Source: Pseudomonadota bacterium
GTDB lineage: Bacteria > Bdellovibrionota_B > Oligoflexia > Oligoflexales > CAIMVM01
NCBI GenBank assembly: GCA_037142195.1
Contig: JBAXBA010000021.1
Location: forward strand, 1 to 46,925
Length of the DNA stretch: 46,925 bases
Reading direction: 5' to 3'
Shown here: positions 1-8,601 of the stretch, piece by piece
Layout: every line of letters begins with the position of its first letter
How positions within the stretch are numbered: position 1 is the first letter of the stretch
The notes under the pieces: model-generated
The model's database searches: none
What the model was told of the DNA's origin: nothing
Seen by the model: the letters and a program-made list of their open reading frames with translations, nothing else
Translations under genes and position numbers: made by a program

Positions 1-123
1 TGCCTGATACGCAATACAGAGAGCTGCTCCTCCCACAAGGCAAATCTCGCCGCGAGAATTTCTTTTTTCAAGCTCTTGGCTCAACTCATTTAGAGCCTTA
101 TGTATGGTGTCGACAGATAGCAA
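1..123 (-). CDS. Nucleotidyltransferase (DUF6036/AbiEii-like) putative toxin, N-terminal part, truncated by window edge
   Basis: Not in ORF track. Manual translation from TTG at 123 (GAGGAG RBS upstream) gives MLSVDTIHKALNELSQELEKRNSRGEICLVGGAALCIAYQA, with the hhGG-A motif that opens this family. Frame is open to position 1. Confidence 0.75.
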   Translation of the reverse strand, partial: MLSVDTIHKALNELSQELEKRNSRGEICLVGGAALCIAYQA

Positions 124-141
124 AGGGAGCTCCTCAAGGAA

Positions 142-549
142 TTAACAGCGGTCAAAAAGATCCCGTAAAATGAAGATGTCGTTTCGCCGAAATTCCAGGG
201 GACTTTCGGCGATAGCCATGGCTCGCATTGATTTCAATCCAGCGGGAAACCAAGCGTGTTCCAGTGAATAGGCTGAAGAAATCCACACTGGAATCTCTTC
301 AATTCCCTGCTCATGTGCCAGGTAATGAAGGGTGGCAGCAAGAAGTGCGATAAGCTCGGGTCTTTCCAATTTTCCTAGAGGTTTTTGTTCAAATCCAGCC
401 AAACTTTTAACACGCCTAACATGGAGAATGATTTCGCCCAGGGCCAGCTTCCAATCACGATGGAAGAACTCTTCAATCACATCGGTTTCGATTTGTTTCT
501 TGTAGCTCAAAGTAATCATTCCTCTGCTAAATCCCCGCTGAAACCTCAT
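142..549 (-). CDS. Putative antitoxin partner of DUF6036-like nucleotidyltransferase
   Basis: C-terminal PxW...WF...AESPxxFxRxxIF pattern typical of proteins encoded directly upstream of DUF6036 NTases. Ends 18 bp before the NTase start. Start could be 549 or 519. Confidence 0.65.
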   Translation of the reverse strand: MRFQRGFSRGMITLSYKKQIETDVIEEFFHRDWKLALGEIILHVRRVKSLAGFEQKPLGKLERPELIALLAATLHYLAHEQGIEEIPVWISSAYSLEHAWFPAGLKSMRAMAIAESPLEFRRNDIFILRDLFDRC

Positions 550-799
550 TCTGTTAACATGGATAGTTTCAGATTTGGTAACTATATCATAGCAGCATGA
601 ATGGCATCAATTTAAAGATTTGTGAAGATGTTCTCGGCGACTGACCGACATTTGGCCACCCACTTGAGTTACTTCGTGATTCCATAGATGCAGAGCCGCT
701 GAAAATAGGTCGTGTTGTACATTGAAAGTCAAAAAATCAAAAATAAGCGAGACACTTGTGAGGAGTTACAGAGTTCAGTTCGAAAGTGTTACCCAATCC

Positions 800-1772
800 A
801 TATTCGGCAGCTGTGGGACATTATCACAGCAAAAAAAAATGACAGATTTTTTCTGATCTCAGGCACAGTGCGTAAATGTAGAGGCCGTTCAAAATTACTT
901 AAATTTTTGCAGGATGTGCATCTAAATTGGGTGCGGCTGATTTAGAACGACGCTATTTTCTATAAATTTCAGTAAGTTGGATGTTTTCGGTTCTACAAGT
1001 TCAGTTGCCTCCTGATCCCAGGATTTTAACCTGAACTCCTAAAAGTATTCGAAGCCACTCTATACCCTAATTTTTGAGCCATTTTTATAGGTCCGTATTC
1101 TTCAAAGCCTTAAAATGCTGCCCTTTAAAGGCCTTTGGCAATTGCTCAAACAATATTTCAGCATTAACAAATTATACGGTCAAACTTGCAGCTATCAGTG
1201 CCGATGCCTTACTCATAAAATGCTTCCTCGGCGTAAAAATAATAATGAGATAACTATTCCCGAGGGAGTTAGGCTAGATAGAAACTGGGTTTTTAAAAAG
1301 CAAAAAGTCTCCAACTTGCTGAAATTTATACAAAATAACGTCGTCTGAAATCAGCCGCACCCATCTAAATTACAAGTGTTCTCGATTTGACATCAATGGC
1401 ATACGGCATCTAGAGCTTTACGAGAAATACTACGCCACTGATTTAGGAGTTCGTCACAGCATTCTGGGATATTGTAAAAACTTGATCTCCGGCATTTTGG
1501 ATGACATCGGATTTCAGGAGCTGATAAGAGGGGGGTGTCGACTCTGCATAGGGGAGGTCGAACAACTTGAAGCAGATTTTGTAGCCGAGAAGGATTCCGA
1601 GCAACTCTACATTCAAGTTTGCCTTTGTGAGGTATCTCTAGGAACGGAAGACCGAGAGTTTGTGTTCTCAGAAGAATCGATGATAATGGGTCGTTGGCGC
1701 GAAACCCCAATTTGTTTAGAACACTTAACTTACAGCCATGAAAGCCACTGGTTTCACCAGTGGACACCTTAA
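800..1772 (+). pseudogene. Remnant of AAA-family ATP-binding protein (AAA_14/DUF4143 type), interrupted by a MITE
   Basis: Removing 929-1371 joins KFLQDVHLN to YKCSRFDINGIRHLELYEKYYATDLGVRHSILG...ELIRGG...EADFVAEK...YIQV, a DUF4143-like sequence. Extra lesions upstream: A9 run at 831-839, TGA at 854-856, frameshift near 898. Confidence 0.8.
929..1362. mobile_element. Non-autonomous MITE, 434 bp
   Basis: 53-bp terminal inverted repeats at 929-981 and 1310-1362 (47/53 identical, starting GGGTGCGGCTGATTT). Perfect 9-bp direct repeat ATCTAAATT at 920-928 and 1363-1371. No transposase inside. Confidence 0.92.
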
Positions 1773-2263
1773 GGCATGGCCCTTGGATTAGTGAATCATC
1801 AAAGAAAAATGGCCTAGGTCTTTTTGCCAGACTAGTATAAAATCCCATGGGCTTGGCGGTCCGAGGGCTTGCTCCAATCCGTTAAGCTCGCCGAGGGAGC
1901 GTTCTTACTGGATTTGGAGTGTTGGCAGCTTCCATAGCCTAGAAGTGTGTCAAACAGGACCATCACGATAGAAATGACAAAATACCGCTGGGCAAACGGT
2001 GAAATGACCGGGAGTTGCTGAGGTATATGGAATCAGAGAACTGAAGGTGTTATTTCGGTCAACTCGCATTATGGCCTGAAATTAACAGCATCGCTTTAAA
2101 GTGCTGAGCTTCTTTAAGAAGATTGGACCAGAACGCTGCTCTGAAATGAACTCCGAAAGCTTCGGGTACTTTTGGTTTTCCATATTATTTCCCAGTCGGT
2201 ACCACAAGTCTTTAAGTCAGGTTCATTGGTCAGCAGGCTGCGGACTCATTTTGAAATAGGTCC

Positions 2264-3047
2264 TCAAGATGTCGGCAAATGTTTCGGGGGTGTAGGCTTT
2301 GATTGCTCGACGCGTCTTGATATCGGGATGTCGGCCCAAAGCGAATCACGAATGCGTTGCGGGAGAAAGTAGTCTTCCGGTGTTATGATGAGTTTTTCCA
2401 GAAAAGTCCAAATTTCAGGCAGAACTGCGAGTTCGTCACCCTCTCTCAGAATGTGGATGAGTCTGATAATATCGCTGATGTGCTTTCGATGTTTGGCCTT
2501 CTCAATTGGATTTGGATGTTGAAGAAGATTATCGCACGCAATGGCTTTAAGAATGATTAAGCTGGAAACTGAGGCGAAGGAAACCGGTTTGCCTAAAATT
2601 TCTCTTGTGATTTTGTGTTGAGCGATAAGTTGTATAGCGGCTTTGGGCAAAACAATGGCAGAGAGTTCGGCATCGGGGATGCGGTGGACCCAGCTCTCCG
2701 AATTGGGAACGATTTCTTCAGAAAAAATCTCGATAACCGACGGGAGATCTCGGCGTGATTCGGGAGCCTTGAAGCGAAAGGATTGGCTTTTGCCGCTTTG
2801 GAGACATTGGCTCTGATAGTTGTTCGCGGTGAAAAATTCCCGAAGAACGCTCCAAACTCCAACTCTGGTTTGGCGCGGTTGTGATTTCAAGAATGGCCAT
2901 GTCGAGATCAATGGTTGCTCGTTGGCTTTGCGCATTGCGATCTTCGAGATGAAACACGGTAGCTGTGCCGTCAATGACGGCATAGTTTTCTTGAAATGCA
3001 GAAAGGGCGGCAAAAAACTTCCAAGCATTGGGTGGAATGTTGCTCAT
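2264..3047 (-). pseudogene. AbiEii/AbiGii-like nucleotidyltransferase toxin, frameshifted
   Basis: ORF 2718..3047 carries YAVIDGTA...RATIDLD (GG-TA and RxTxDxD motifs). ORF 2264..3028 carries the downstream SFRF..P...IEIFS, LSAIVL, LIILKAIA and KHISDIIRL motifs. Frame switch near 2855-2885. Confidence 0.75.
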
Positions 3048-4084
3048 GCTTCCTCCAGGAAGGAGGCGGGATTCAGTTGATGCTGTCGAAGCAAGTCTGC
3101 AATCACCTCTCGTTCTCGCGGATCGACGGTGGAACGCTTAGAAAGTGCGATGTCAATGATGTTGAGACAGCGTTCACCGTTTTTTTCGATGAGCAGTGCA
3201 GGGCGATTGCGCCAAATTTGAATGATAATTTGCGCATCTTCGGACTTTTCTTTGTTATGAGGGCCAGAGGCAAAATCTTTCTGAGACAATGCAATTTCTG
3301 TGGGCTCGTTCTGTCCAAGACGCAGTTGGGTTGTGCGGGCAAGAGCGTGGTTTCCAGCGTAGACAACATCTTTAGCAACGTATTTGATGCGTACTCGCTG
3401 AATAACGGTTTCGGTTTCCACTCGGAGAAGTTGTTGCCATAGAACATCGCGTTCATGAAAATGAAATCGTTTGTATGGCCCCGCTCCTTCAAAATATCCG
3501 AAGTCGAGATCCCTGAGTTCGGAGAGAACCCTTGTGAGGCTCGCGGGCGAAAGGCTGGCGTCGGGGAGAAGCTTTTGAAGGGTAACTCGCAGGTCCTTGG
3601 GTTTCAATGCATCGGTCCAGGGGGTGCTCGGCACAAGAATGGCGCAACTCACTACTTGCCGGCCAGTGGCTGAGAGCTGGTTTGCCTGGTGGGTGCTGAT
3701 TTGCTCCTTTTGCGCGGCGACCTGCTTGTAGACGAGTCCAAGTGCTGGTGCAAATATGCGGTGGCCCGGAATAATATGCGCAACTCTATGAGCCACAAGA
3801 AGGCCGGCGGTTTCCTTGTCCGCTGACTCGAATACAAAAATCAGCGGCTGCGCGAGGTCTTGGAGTTGGTGGGCGAGCGCGAGAATTTGAGTTGCGTTGG
3901 TGGACCCTTTAATGGCCACCAAGGTTCCTGGGTGCTCGTGAAAATGGAAGCGCCTAACCTCAAGGTTCGAACGAAGGTGAAGCGATAGCTTGGGCAAAGC
4001 GATGCTTTCCTCATCGAGGCTGAAGGATCCCTCGCCAAAGGCTTTCTTCACAAAAGAAAGAGCTTTTTTCACAAGTATTGTCAT
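3044..4084 (-). CDS. HTH transcriptional regulator / AbiEi-like antitoxin
   Basis: Central wHTH-like segment (LSPASLTRVLSEL...). C-terminal YAGxxAL, IQIW and DPRE motifs seen in regulators preceding this NTase family. ATGA overlap with the toxin start at 3044-3047. Confidence 0.65.
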   Translation of the reverse strand: MTILVKKALSFVKKAFGEGSFSLDEESIALPKLSLHLRSNLEVRRFHFHEHPGTLVAIKGSTNATQILALAHQLQDLAQPLIFVFESADKETAGLLVAHRVAHIIPGHRIFAPALGLVYKQVAAQKEQISTHQANQLSATGRQVVSCAILVPSTPWTDALKPKDLRVTLQKLLPDASLSPASLTRVLSELRDLDFGYFEGAGPYKRFHFHERDVLWQQLLRVETETVIQRVRIKYVAKDVVYAGNHALARTTQLRLGQNEPTEIALSQKDFASGPHNKEKSEDAQIIIQIWRNRPALLIEKNGERCLNIIDIALSKRSTVDPREREVIADLLRQHQLNPASFLEEA

Positions 4085-4114
4085 GGGTTAGGCCAAATGA
4101 TTCATCTTTCATTT

Positions 4115-4143
4115 ATTATATTTCATAAATACGAAATATGCAA
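4115..4143 (-). promoter_or_regulatory. sigma70 promoter with overlapping inverted-repeat operator
   Basis: Minus strand TTGCAT-17 bp-TATAAT. Inverted repeat ATATTTCAT (4118-4126) / ACGAAATAT (4131-4139) covers the spacer. Confidence 0.6.
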
Positions 4144-4508
4144 GATGATGAGTGAAATATGTGAGTTGGGTTTTCGTAGGCTCAATGCAACTCGATAACT
4201 GCAGATTTCATTTCGTAACTGCCGACAACCTACTTTCAAAAACTCGATGGTCGAATTTCGTGAAAGCGGCAGAAGCTATGTGAAGCTACCTGATTTAACG
4301 GACACGACTCAGAGTTATAATTGAAACAATCAATTTAAGGAGTCCAATTATGTCACAATCAAGTTTAAAGCAGAACTCTAGATTTTTAATCTGCGACATC
4401 ACCTAAAAGCTTCCAAGAAGTTAGATAACAGCTGTTACAATTTGCAGTTTGTAATTTGCAGATCGATCAAAAATTTTTACATGCAGTAAGCCTATCCCAG
4501 GATTTCGA

Positions 4509-5483
4509 TCAAACGACATCAGCTCTTTGAGTTAGCTTTAATATAGATTCTTTGATGTCATCTGTAGCAATCAAAACAGCTTCTTTTGGTAAAGATCGCT
4601 TCACCATACCTGAAAGAACTTTGCCTGGGCCTACTTCAATGAAACGTTGGGCTCCCTGTTGCAAAGCCGTCTCAATGGTCTGAGTCCACTTGACGGGGCC
4701 ATCAATTTGCTGGATCAAAAAATCAGAAGTGTAGTTTGGCTCTACATTTCCTGTGATGTTGGCGATGATTTGTCCCTCGGTTTCAGGGAGCTTGAGATCT
4801 TTTAAGCTTGCTTCCATCGCGAGGCGCGCTGGGGCCATGAGCGAACTATGAAAAGGAGCACTTACAGTCAAAAGTTTTGTTTTGAATTTGAGAGCCTCTA
4901 AGGCAAGGGCTGCGGCATCAATGGCTTTTGCTCCTCCAGAAAGAATCACTTGGGAGGGAGAGTTATAGTTAGCGATTTGAACGCTAGAACTTAAAGAATC
5001 CAGCCCTGAGGTCTTGAGCTCTGAACTTACACGACGGCAGACTTCTTCAAGTACCGGAAGATCCATGGTGCCTAGAACGGCGAGCATGGCTCCTTTGCCT
5101 AGGGGGACGGCGAGTTGCATTTCTTTGCCACGCTGCCTGACGAGTTTCGCTGCTGTTGTTAAAGAAAGTTTACCAGCAGCAACTAAGGCTGAGTATTCCC
5201 CGAGAGAGTGTCCCGCAAAGTATTTTGCGTTGAATCCAGCCTCATCTTGCAAGACGACCCAGGTTGCTACAGACGCTGTAAGAATCACCGGTTGAGTGTG
5301 TTCGGTGAGGACAAGTTCTGACTCGGGGCCGTCAAGACAAAGGCTTCTTAGAGAAAGACGGCAAGCATCTTCAGCTTCTTCAAAAACGTGTTTAGCTTTC
5401 GGGAAGTTTTCCAAAAGAAAACGGGCCATGCCCACATATTGTGAACCCTGACCCGGAAACATAGAAAGAGTTTGAGACGACAT
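4509..5483 (-). CDS. fabD: Malonyl-CoA:ACP transacylase
   Basis: FPGQGSQ, GHSLGEY, VSAPFHS and EVGPGKVL motifs. AAGGAG RBS before ATG at 5483. Confidence 0.96.
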   Translation of the reverse strand: MSSQTLSMFPGQGSQYVGMARFLLENFPKAKHVFEEAEDACRLSLRSLCLDGPESELVLTEHTQPVILTASVATWVVLQDEAGFNAKYFAGHSLGEYSALVAAGKLSLTTAAKLVRQRGKEMQLAVPLGKGAMLAVLGTMDLPVLEEVCRRVSSELKTSGLDSLSSSVQIANYNSPSQVILSGGAKAIDAAALALEALKFKTKLLTVSAPFHSSLMAPARLAMEASLKDLKLPETEGQIIANITGNVEPNYTSDFLIQQIDGPVKWTQTIETALQQGAQRFIEVGPGKVLSGMVKRSLPKEAVLIATDDIKESILKLTQRADVV

Positions 5484-5591
5484 AAGGTTCTCCTTTGAAC
5501 ATTTGTTTGTCAAAATGATGCTCAAAGCAATATGGCGAAACAAATGAAGAAATAAAGGGAGAAGTCAGAGACTTCCCCACCGCGATTTCAT

Positions 5592-5804
5592 TTACTCGAC
5601 GCTGAAGTCTGTAGAAGCAGCTGCAGTTGCTCTAGGTTCAATGGCCTGTCTTCCATCATAAAAACCACAAGAAGGGCAAGCATGATGAGGCAAGTGAATC
5701 TCACCACAGTTTTTACATGTGGAAAGACCTTGGGGCTTCAACGCGTGATGAGAGCGACGTTTACGTGTCTTTGATTTGGATGTTTTCCATTTAGGGTTGG
5801 CCAT
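5592..5804 (-). CDS. rpmF: 50S ribosomal protein L32
   Basis: MANPKWKTSKSK...CKNCGE..LPHHACPSCGFY zinc-ribbon pattern. Confidence 0.96.
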   Translation of the reverse strand: MANPKWKTSKSKTRKRRSHHALKPQGLSTCKNCGEIHLPHHACPSCGFYDGRQAIEPRATAAASTDFSVE

Positions 5805-5872
5805 TCTTCTATCTCCTCAAAGGACAGCTCGGATTGTTCCGGGTCCTAGTTTTCCAAAATTAGGAAGGTAAT

Positions 5873-5901
5873 CGTATAGCGCCCAAAAAGTCTGAGGTCA
5901 A
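5873..5901 (-). promoter_or_regulatory. Putative sigma70 promoter for rpmF-fabD
   Basis: Minus strand TTGACC-17 bp-TATACG. Confidence 0.45.
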
Positions 5902-5929
5902 TAGTTTTCCACAGGAAACGTAACCAATC

Positions 5930-7390
5930 TTAATAGGTTCTCTTCAAGATCACTTTTTGCTTTCCGGCAGTTAAAAAACCTACAATGGAGACCCTGCTGC
6001 CTTTAGAAAATAAGCTATTACGGTGACTTGCCCCATCAAAGACTACTTGTATCGCTGCTCCTGACGAATCGATAAATATGACTTCGCACATGCCGCGGCA
6101 ATTTCTTACGGCGGCCCGGTCAAATTCTAGTCCGGCAATAGTGACCTCAGCGCCGTCATTTTTACCCATTAAGGCTTGAGCAATGGCCGAAGTACCTTCC
6201 ACTTTGATCATGTTGGGGTAGCTCTTAGCAGACATTCTTGAGGAGCCTGTAGATCTTGGATTGACAGTTAGGCGGTTTTGTTTCCGATGGTTATCGACGT
6301 TTCTATAGACCGGTTCCATAGGTCTTGCCGGTGTGTTTGATGTTAAGGTTGGAATTGTCGTGCTCGCTTCTTTTGAAGCGCGGATGGGCCGTTCGGTTTG
6401 GGTGACTTCTTGAGTTTCGGGGCGTATTTTCGCAAGCAAATTCGGGACCTTTCTAGGGCTTCTACCGTAGGGAAGCGCGTATAAGACAGCAATCAATACC
6501 ATAGCTGATGACAAAAAGATGGCTGTGAGGCGAGAGGGGGTTAGCCATTTGAGGCTAGATTCAGCTGGAAAGAAGTTTGTTTTTTTACCTGATTGGTAGA
6601 CTTCTACAAAGCGCTCTATAGACACGGTTTTTGCAAGTGAGCCCTTTCCCACTAGCGCGCCTGGTTTTAGGTGACCGTTTTTATAATGTTCGTACACTTC
6701 AAAAGAGGTGAAGGGCCCATACCTTCGGCCTGCTTGCTGAACGAGGTAAACACACTTTCTTTTTCTCCTCACAGTACCTTCCTGGGCATTAATGAGTTCT
6801 GCTTGCGAGGCAGACATACCCTTCAAAGGGAGAGCTGGAATGTGGTTTTTAACATTTACTGCCGTCGCTTGTGGCGCATTATTTTGAGGTTTTCCATTGG
6901 CGGAAGGATCTTGGAATCGGGCTTTATCATTTCTTTCAGGGGTCTTACCCGGAAGAGCTTTCCCAGGGGATTGAGCTTTTCTCGAGTCGGATAGAGAGAT
7001 ATTTTCCGTATCGGAAAGCTGATCGATAGAGAAATTAAGGGTATTGAAGGTTTGATTGATCAAGTTGTCTGATTTGCGTAGTCCATTTTTTTCGCTTTGC
7101 TCCGTGGAACCCAGCACTTTCAGGATCTTTTTTGAGGACTCTTTTAATCTGGCCTCAGCGGATCCATTTGGGTCTTGGTGTGCGTTTGACGAATTTGACG
7201 AATTGGACAAAGAAGAGGTCGCATCAAAAATCTCATCCCACTCCAAAAGCGGCTTGACGAGATCAGGGTTTGAAGCATGAAAGACGTCGCAAAAAGGATC
7301 GACTTCGCCCAATCGCAAAGCTTCCCTCAACCCTGCAGAAGAGAAGGGTCCTTTTCTTTGCGCTCCGATTTGTAAATACCAGACTTCCAA
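5930..7390 (-). CDS. Membrane protein with two GYF_2 (DUF4339)-like domains
   Basis: WYLQIGAQRKGPFS and YLVQQAGRRYGPFT motifs, one hydrophobic TM segment (LTAIFLSSAMVLIAVLYAL), C-terminal beta-rich domain. TTG start. Confidence 0.75.
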   Translation of the reverse strand: MEVWYLQIGAQRKGPFSSAGLREALRLGEVDPFCDVFHASNPDLVKPLLEWDEIFDATSSLSNSSNSSNAHQDPNGSAEARLKESSKKILKVLGSTEQSEKNGLRKSDNLINQTFNTLNFSIDQLSDTENISLSDSRKAQSPGKALPGKTPERNDKARFQDPSANGKPQNNAPQATAVNVKNHIPALPLKGMSASQAELINAQEGTVRRKRKCVYLVQQAGRRYGPFTSFEVYEHYKNGHLKPGALVGKGSLAKTVSIERFVEVYQSGKKTNFFPAESSLKWLTPSRLTAIFLSSAMVLIAVLYALPYGRSPRKVPNLLAKIRPETQEVTQTERPIRASKEASTTIPTLTSNTPARPMEPVYRNVDNHRKQNRLTVNPRSTGSSRMSAKSYPNMIKVEGTSAIAQALMGKNDGAEVTIAGLEFDRAAVRNCRGMCEVIFIDSSGAAIQVVFDGASHRNSLFSKGSRVSIVGFLTAGKQKVILKRTY

Positions 7391-7455
7391 GACAGCTCCG
7401 CCATCAACGAAAAAACCTACCCTTACCTATAAGAGACCCCAAGGTCTCAATTTGA

Positions 7456-7482
7456 TTATCGGAACCTCGTGGGAGATCTTTC
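7456..7482 (-). promoter_or_regulatory. Putative sigma28 (FliA)-type promoter
   Basis: Minus strand GAAAG-15 bp-CCGATAA about 65 bp upstream of the GYF gene start. Confidence 0.45.
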
Positions 7483-7669
7483 GAATCCCGAAATTAAAAG
7501 ATTTAACCTGTTGTTTTTGTTCAAAAATATTCGACTTTAGTGGGGCTTCAGTCAATAAAAACGTCCCTTTCGTAGACTCGGGCGAGCAATTTAAGGGGCA
7601 ATGATGCTTTTAACTTTACAGGGTGTGCAGGGGGTAGTATTGGGATGTCGTCTCGAAAAGGAGTCCTAC

Positions 7670-8206
7670 ATGATCATCGATGTGTCTAAAATGAAATCCA
7701 TTGAGACTTTTAAAATTGAAGGTACTGAAGACTGGCTATCTAAAATATACGCTGAATTTAAGACTCCCAAAGACGCTCAAAAGCCTCTTTTGAAAGCTTT
7801 AGTTTCCGTTGATGCCCGTGACCCAGCATGTGTCACTGTAAGGGGAAGCGTCGACTATACGCCATTTGTGGATTGTTCTCGGTGTGGTCTTGCGATTTCA
7901 TGGGCTATTTCTGAAAGCATAGAAACTCGGTTTTTACGGGATATTTCTGAACTTTCTGACGATTTAGAGCTAGATGAAACTTCCATTGAAGACTTCACTT
8001 TAACCAATGGCAAGACCTTTGATCTGGAAGAACTCATCAACGATGCCGTTCAGCTTGCTCTGCCGACACGTCTTATTCGAGTCGGCGCCAATGACGAATG
8101 TCTCGTCTGTGATGAAAAAATCTCGGATCCGATTCAAAACTCAGCGGATTCAGAAAGCGGACTCAATCCTTTTAAAGCTCTTAAGAATCTCAAACTAGAT
8201 TCCTGA
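7670..8206 (+). CDS. yceD: YceD/DUF177 family protein
   Basis: CSRC, FDLEELINDAVQLALP, CxxC and NPFKALKNLK motifs. AAGGAG RBS before ATG at 7670. Confidence 0.85.
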   Translation: MIIDVSKMKSIETFKIEGTEDWLSKIYAEFKTPKDAQKPLLKALVSVDARDPACVTVRGSVDYTPFVDCSRCGLAISWAISESIETRFLRDISELSDDLELDETSIEDFTLTNGKTFDLEELINDAVQLALPTRLIRVGANDECLVCDEKISDPIQNSADSESGLNPFKALKNLKLDS

Positions 8207-8464
8207 ATAGACCGAGGCCTCCTCAGTTAAACCCGCCCTCCAGAAATAGGATTATGAATGGGAAAATTTGACCTTTAACAGCGGGATATACTGCATTTCG
8301 TCAGCCAAAATCCTGCCGTATTTGGCAAAAAAGTCTCGTTCCCATGAAGCTAACGTTCAAGGGAGCGCAAGACAGAACCGCCTAAAGCCCGATAATAGCC
8401 CCGCCGTCCTGTCCTGCCAAGGTTTAGAGCCAAGTGCAATTCTAGCAGAACCCGCAAAAAATCC

Positions 8465-8601
8465 TTTGCCTCGAAGGCTACTTGAACTATAGTCAGCGCC
8501 TCAAAGACCAAGGTGGGCTTTGAAATAAACAGACTGCTGACTCGAAGGTGCAATTTTTTGCTTGCAGCAGTTGACGACAAACCTTCGTAAAAAGGAAGAC
8601 C
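8465..8601 (+). promoter_or_regulatory. rpsB promoter and structured 5' leader
   Basis: TTGCCT-16 bp-TATAGT (8466-8493) then GC-rich CAGCGCC discriminator. Hairpin at 8501-8523 and CGAAGGT/ACCTTCG pairing (8543-8587) just before the RBS. Confidence 0.4.

Noticed and set aside
712..945. 77-aa ORF as a real gene, also 1393..1848 minus
   Set aside because: Explained as mixed frames or the antisense of the ATPase pseudogene, ending in the MITE.
1115..1348. 77-aa ORF inside the MITE as a transposase
   Set aside because: Too short, no DDE or HTH motif, and runs into the TIR.
1773..2224. Possible gene or ncRNA in the gap between pseudogenes
   Set aside because: No recognisable ORF, motif or convincing structure found by eye.
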